From Thalia democratica (taxonomy: Eukaryota), in assembly GCA_965202585.1 (NCBI GenBank), contig OZ241832.1, positions 18,662,001 to 18,726,000 of the forward strand: a DNA stretch of 64,000 bases, given 5' to 3'. Shown piece after piece: positions 58,822 through 64,000 of this stretch. The position numbers and the translations under genes were made by a program. The notes beneath the pieces were generated by a model. It saw nothing but the letters and a program-made list of their open reading frames with translations. It did not search any database and was not told where the DNA came from. How positions within the stretch are numbered: the stretch's first letter is position 1; every line of letters begins with the position of its first letter.

Positions 58822-60879
58822 CTGGAAATTGTTATGTTTAGTTTTGCTTTGTGTAATGATACAACAGTATTTAGTTAAGGTAGAGCTAATTAAAACTTGT
58901 TCAGCTGCTCTTAATACATTTACTTTTAGTTTACAAAGTTTTACATCAAAAATTACAGTTTAAACATAATGTATTAAAGAATAGTACATTTAAAAAAAAT
59001 AGTAAAACAACTTTAACTTAAAATAGAAAACTTTTGAGAGAGTTAGCAATGAGAAACTAACTCCAATTTCTTAGTGAAAAAGTGAGAACAGATAATTATC
59101 TGAGCATGACGAAAGTGTGTAACTTTTTTAACTTTTTCACCAACACGTGACCTTTTCACAGCTGGGTAGGAACAATAAACATTCCGCAGTAAGATAATAT
59201 TTTAGTCTCTGTTGTTTCAAGTATGTTTTTAATTTCCAGGGCTGAAAGCGTAAAATTTTTGGTATCTATAATTTTTTATTTTTTGAATTTAATAACTTAT
59301 TCATTTTTAAAAAATATATACTTGTCATTTTCAAACATTACTTAATGTCAGAGTATTTTTTCATAGATCGTCAATTAGGCACGGGTGTCTAATTAGCTGG
59401 GTAAAAGTTTATAGAAGATGAAAGTTTTGTACAATACGTATCTAATATTAACCTTTTAATGTTTAAATTTGTAGTTACATATTAAGAGAAAAAGCAATAA
59501 ACAGTTCAATTGCTACACAACCTATTTGTTATTGTGTTCCTAGTTTTTATTTAACTTGTAAACAATTTTTTAACAATATTTAACGTTAAATTTAAGGCAC
59601 AAAATGATGTAATAACAACAAAACAATAAAATAAAACTAAAACATCTTATGATTATTGTTTAAGGTATTTGAAATAGTTTTGAAGGTAAACTACCTGAGC
59701 TCTCAAAAAAGTTCTCAAAAAATACTTCTAAAATTAAAAAAAAGTAGCTTGCAATAAATAGTATTTTGTTTTAGTTTTTTTGTTTTTTATTTGAACATAT
59801 AAGTACTTTTTTATTTTGTACTGTTTAAATACAAACACTTCAATCGTGGCGAAAAATAAAAAAACTTTACTTATTATAATTTTATAAACCTTTGAAACTT
59901 TAAGATAATTTTTTTTAAGTAATACTTAATACCGTCCAACTTATATTTATATTTTGAATATTCAATGCTGTTCTATGTTCTAATGTTAAACTGAGCATTT
60001 TATTATACTAAAAAACATTTTATTTTTTATAGTTTGTTTTTTGTTTAAGTAATTCATTAAAATGGATACAGCAGTCATTTGTTTACTTCCTAACTTTAAA
60101 AAAATAACTAAAAGTAATTACTGTGTACTAAGTTCATACCAAATGGAAAAAAGGTATAAAATATATTGTTAGTTTTATATAAGTCATATTAAGTTTGAAG
60201 AGTTTGGCCAAATAAACTGTATAAAAAGGTTAATAAACAATTTTAATGTTTGCAAGAATGGAGTAATAATTGAGCAAAAAGTTTATCAAAATATAACATT
60301 AACTCTCATTTTTTAATACTCATTAGATGTTAGTTGTTTATTTTTAAGTAACAGTTATAAAAAATAAAATAGACAGTACTTTAAAAGCTGGTAAAATTAA
60401 TAAAAAATTTTAAAGTATAGTTATCATTGTGTTAATTCAAATACAAACATAGCTTAAGTATAAGGCGCATTGTTTGACTTAAAACTGTAAAAATGTTTAA
60501 ACATTAACTCAGTATTACTCTAAACTAGAGATTTCTAAACTATTTTTTAAATGATGTCTTTAAAAAATTTAAAAGCTATAAACCTCTCCAACAAGATTAC
60601 TCATAAAACTACCATCTAAAGCACCTAATACCTTTTTTTTTTGAAAAACTACAGAATATGTAGTGTAGGTTTCAAAATTATCATTAAAATTCCTAATACT
60701 TTTTTTTCTTTTTTTCAACAACTCGAAAATATCAGGTGTAAATTTCAAATAATTACCTCATTGCCCCACTGCGGCTCCTTAACTACACATGCCTTTATTT
60801 GGCTCCTTTACTGCTCATAGCCCGCCTTGTTTTCTGTCATGGCCCCCTAAAGAGCCACTTGGCCTACTGTGCTTTAAAC

Positions 60880-61195
60880 CAGAGGTCGGCAGCCTATTGT
60901 AGCTCGCGGGCATATTTTTCTAGAAAAATTGCTCGTGGTTCGCACTTTTTAGAAAAATATCTATGAGGGCGGCATGTACTTAGATAAAGTCATAGTAATC
61001 AGTAAAAAAGTATTGTTTAATATCAAAAATATGTTAAAATAAGCAGAAGTAGAGCAATAGTAAAAAGTATTTATTAAGTTAAGAGTCTAGCTGTAAGTAT
61101 TTATTATAAAATATTTAATTTTTTTTGTTTTAAAAATGTAAAATTTCGGCTGAAAAGGAGTTCGCGGGCTGCATAATTTATCTTTGAGGGCTTTA
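60880..61195 (+). mobile_element. Probable decayed hAT/Charlie-like MITE
   Basis: CAGAGGTCGGCAGCCT...GCTCGCGGGC start and a later TTCGCGGGCTGC motif resemble Charlie-type ends. No clean right TIR or TSD was seen. Confidence 0.35.
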
Positions 61196-63312
61196 AACTA
61201 AACTAAATGTTGCTGAACTTTAATTTTTTTTTAAATAGTAAAACAAATGTTTTTGCACAGATTGGTGTAACAGCGTTACCCTTTCCAGTTAAATATTTAA
61301 AGTTCAGCTGTCGTATAAACAAATTATTATTAATAGTTTATAGCTGCTTTAGATCTAAGCGACTATAGAGTAAACAAATAAACTAAACTTTATATTTATA
61401 AATCTAAAATCATTACTTTCAAATCAAAGTAAAGTTTTTTATAATATTTCCTCTTTTTTGTTTTTTAGCGTAGAAATATATAAAAGCTTCTTAAAAAAGA
61501 ATTATCAATCTTAAAACATTTATCTTAAGTTAAAACATTATTTAGGAACATAAACTATTATATTGACCTTAAGAAATACTAACTGTGTGTTTCATTTTTT
61601 TGTAAATTATATAAAAATATCTTCATAAATCTATAAACTTTAAATTTATTATTATATTATTGTTATTTTCAATTATATTAATGCTTATTTCTTAATACAT
61701 AAATTAAAAAAAAAAAATATTTTAAAATTGTTAAAAGATATTCCACACAAAAATAATTGACTTTTATTTAAATAATTTTTAATATATCAGATGAACTGTA
61801 GTAAATACTTGCGATTTAAAATTTGGTTTGTCTTAACTTTCAAGTGTTTTTTTTGTTATTTTAATTTATTTTATCTCTACTGATGCATTGTTTTACCCAA
61901 GTATAGTTTCACACATATTAAACGCTAAAAGTTTTGACTGTGTGAAGCAATGTATACTTTACTCTCATGACTTGGGCTTCAAAATTTAAATAATCTAATT
62001 ATCATCCAGTTTTTTGTGTTTGACTAAGTTTTATAGCAAAAACTTATGTGTTGCAATCATACAAGCTTATGTTTTGTGTAAAAATTTTACTAATTTTTTA
62101 ATATTTAATTTCAAATTAATTAAAAAAATAAACCTATTTAAAGCAAGGTGACGCGTAGTACTTTTGTTGAAGAACGCGTAAAGTATAATTATGTCAAAAA
62201 GTTGGTCAAATTTTCATAACAATCTAAACAAGTATTGTAAGCACTGCAGTTACAATAAGTTTTAAATAAATCTTGTTTATGAAAAGTCATATGAGAATGT
62301 ATAGCAACACATTTGTAAAAATAATTTTTAAAGAATTACAACAACTTCAGGATTTAAAATAGAAAATATCAGACTCATCTATACTTGCACACTATAAAGT
62401 TTCATGTCATAAAAATAATCATATACTAATAGAATGTTTTTAAATGGGACTATTTTGTAAAGGTAAGTTGTTTTAGAAACAGGTTTAACTACAAAAACAC
62501 AAGTTTAAAACTCATTTACTTATAACACTAGCTGTAAAACTAAATATATTTCAAAATTGAAATAACTCTTTTGTTTTAATTAAGGAAGATTAAGTTCTAC
62601 ATATTAATTTGTTGTTTAATCTCGTATGTATTTTTATAATAATTTGCCTAGAGTCTTCTCCATTACAAATGTTTATTATTTAGGTAAAATCAAAATGAGA
62701 AATTTTAAGAACAAATTCTTAAAATCTTTTTTTTTTTTTTGATTTTTTAGAATGGTAATTTAATGAGAAACTTATTGAAACCTTCGGTTATTTTGCATCT
62801 AAAAACTGGAAAGAACCAACTATTAGCTTATAAAGATCATTAAATATGGCAACTAGAAATAAAAGAGCCTTACCCACTATTTCCTTAGTACCACTGTAAC
62901 TTTTTTGTTTATTACTTATAATATATTATTATGGAAGCTTATATGAAAGTTAAACTACTATTTTATTAAATAATTTTTTTTTCGAACGATATGTAATTTG
63001 ATGTATTTTTGGTAAATGTGAAAGCAAATGTAAACAGAAATAACGCTATGCAGTTAAACCCATGTTAAAAGTAAATTTTAATCTAATAAATTATTGTATG
63101 TATTCGTTAAAGTTTTAACTTATCAACAATAAAAATTTATAAAATATTTTTACAAGTACGATTAATTTATTCTATAATAATTGTTTCAACTTTCGAAAAA
63201 TCTCTTTTCAATCAGTTTATGCATTTTATTATACGAATAAAACACATAAAACAAAAAACAACACATAATAAAAGTTTTTTATTTCAGCGTTAAACCTTAG
63301 AAGTTCACGATT

Positions 63313-64000
63313 TCAAACAGTCGCTTTTTCTTTGCCGAGTTCTCCGTTAAAAAGCTCACAGTATATTCGCTTTCTATAAAACTTCATGTCGTGTTGAGAA
63401 AATGATAATTTCTCATTCCTCGAAATTAGTTCTGCCGTTACTATTGCGAATACGCCGCAATCGTAATTGTTGCTTTGCTGCGGAGAATTCTTACCTCGAC
63501 AATTAAATTTCCAGCCAGAAAGGTCAAACTTGGTTTTCCGCTTGTCCAAGGACTCCTGATTGAGATAAGTGGCAACGCGAAACAAGAGGTTGTAATCGTT
63601 GCCGCCCAAGGAGTCGTAGTAGGTGATCGTTTTCTTGTTCAAGTCGACAGCGACCAGTGTCCAGTGATTATTTGAAAGATGACGAGGAACGATTAAAATA
63701 TCTTTTTGGAAAATGTTGACTTTTTTAGTCCACCTTCTCACTCCACCGTATCCTTTGCTCTCCAGTTTCGAATAGAAATTCGTGTTGAAACAATGTACTT
63801 GCGGCAGGTTCGGAATATCTTCCGATCGCTGTTGAATGAGGTCCAAGTAAGAGTTGAACACAACGTCGTTTATCAAAGAAGGGCCGACCAGTGTTGCAAG
63901 GTCACCTTTGTTAATACTGACTTTGTTGCGTTTGTTTTCCAAAAGTTTTGAATCATTTAAATCGCGAAAAGACTTTAATTGTGTAGATTTAACAACACTG
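63313..64000 (-). CDS. Ulp1/SENP-family (peptidase C48) protease catalytic domain; the ORF is open to the window edge
   Basis: HCFNTNFYSKL, VRRWTKKVNIF, PRHLSNNHWTL (His), YYDSL (Asp) and PQQSNNYDCGVF (Gln, Cys). The frame upstream of 63942 has no stop up to 64000. Confidence 0.92.
   Translation of the reverse strand, partial: SVVKSTQLKSFRDLNDSKLLENKRNKVSINKGDLATLVGPSLINDVVFNSYLDLIQQRSEDIPNLPQVHCFNTNFYSKLESKGYGGVRRWTKKVNIFQKDILIVPRHLSNNHWTLVAVDLNKKTITYYDSLGGNDYNLLFRVATYLNQESLDKRKTKFDLSGWKFNCRGKNSPQQSNNYDCGVFAIVTAELISRNEKLSFSQHDMKFYRKRIYCELFNGELGKEKATV

Noticed and set aside
58474-58878. Plus-strand ORFs 58474..58878 and 58614..58811
   Set aside because: They are antisense to the better-supported minus-strand exon, whose splice signals match the edges of the GC island.
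63475-63951. Plus-strand ORFs 63475..63675 and 63706..63951
   Set aside because: Antisense shadows of the Ulp1/SENP ORF.
1-64000. CRISPR array, tRNA or rRNA genes
   Set aside because: No regularly spaced repeat-spacer array, cloverleaf or rRNA-like segment was recognised by eye. A covariance-model scan would be needed to exclude small RNA genes formally.

Overview
Very AT-rich animal genomic DNA with GT-AG and GC-AG introns. A Hydra-like cnidarian origin is an inference from composition and repeat content only. From left to right the window holds: (1) a decayed CR1/L2 LINE abutting a 2.9-kb long-TIR DNA transposon; (2) a tandemly duplicated cluster of spliced genes joining an N-terminal coiled-coil exon to a C2H2 zinc-finger exon, some apparently intact and some pseudogenes; (3) inside that cluster, a very young 8.3-kb Penelope-like retroelement insertion with about three head-to-tail 2735-bp units, intact RT + GIY-YIG ORFs, an inverted 5' segment, four hammerhead ribozyme motifs and a 13-bp TSD whose empty site survives in two paralogs; (4) three intronless RING-finger paralogs; (5) a 328-bp retrozyme-like unit bounded by two hammerheads; (6) older Penelope remnants and MITEs; (7) an orphan higher-GC exon; (8) an Ulp1/SENP protease ORF running off the right edge. 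All alignments and gene models were made by eye, so boundaries marked approximate may be off by tens of bases.
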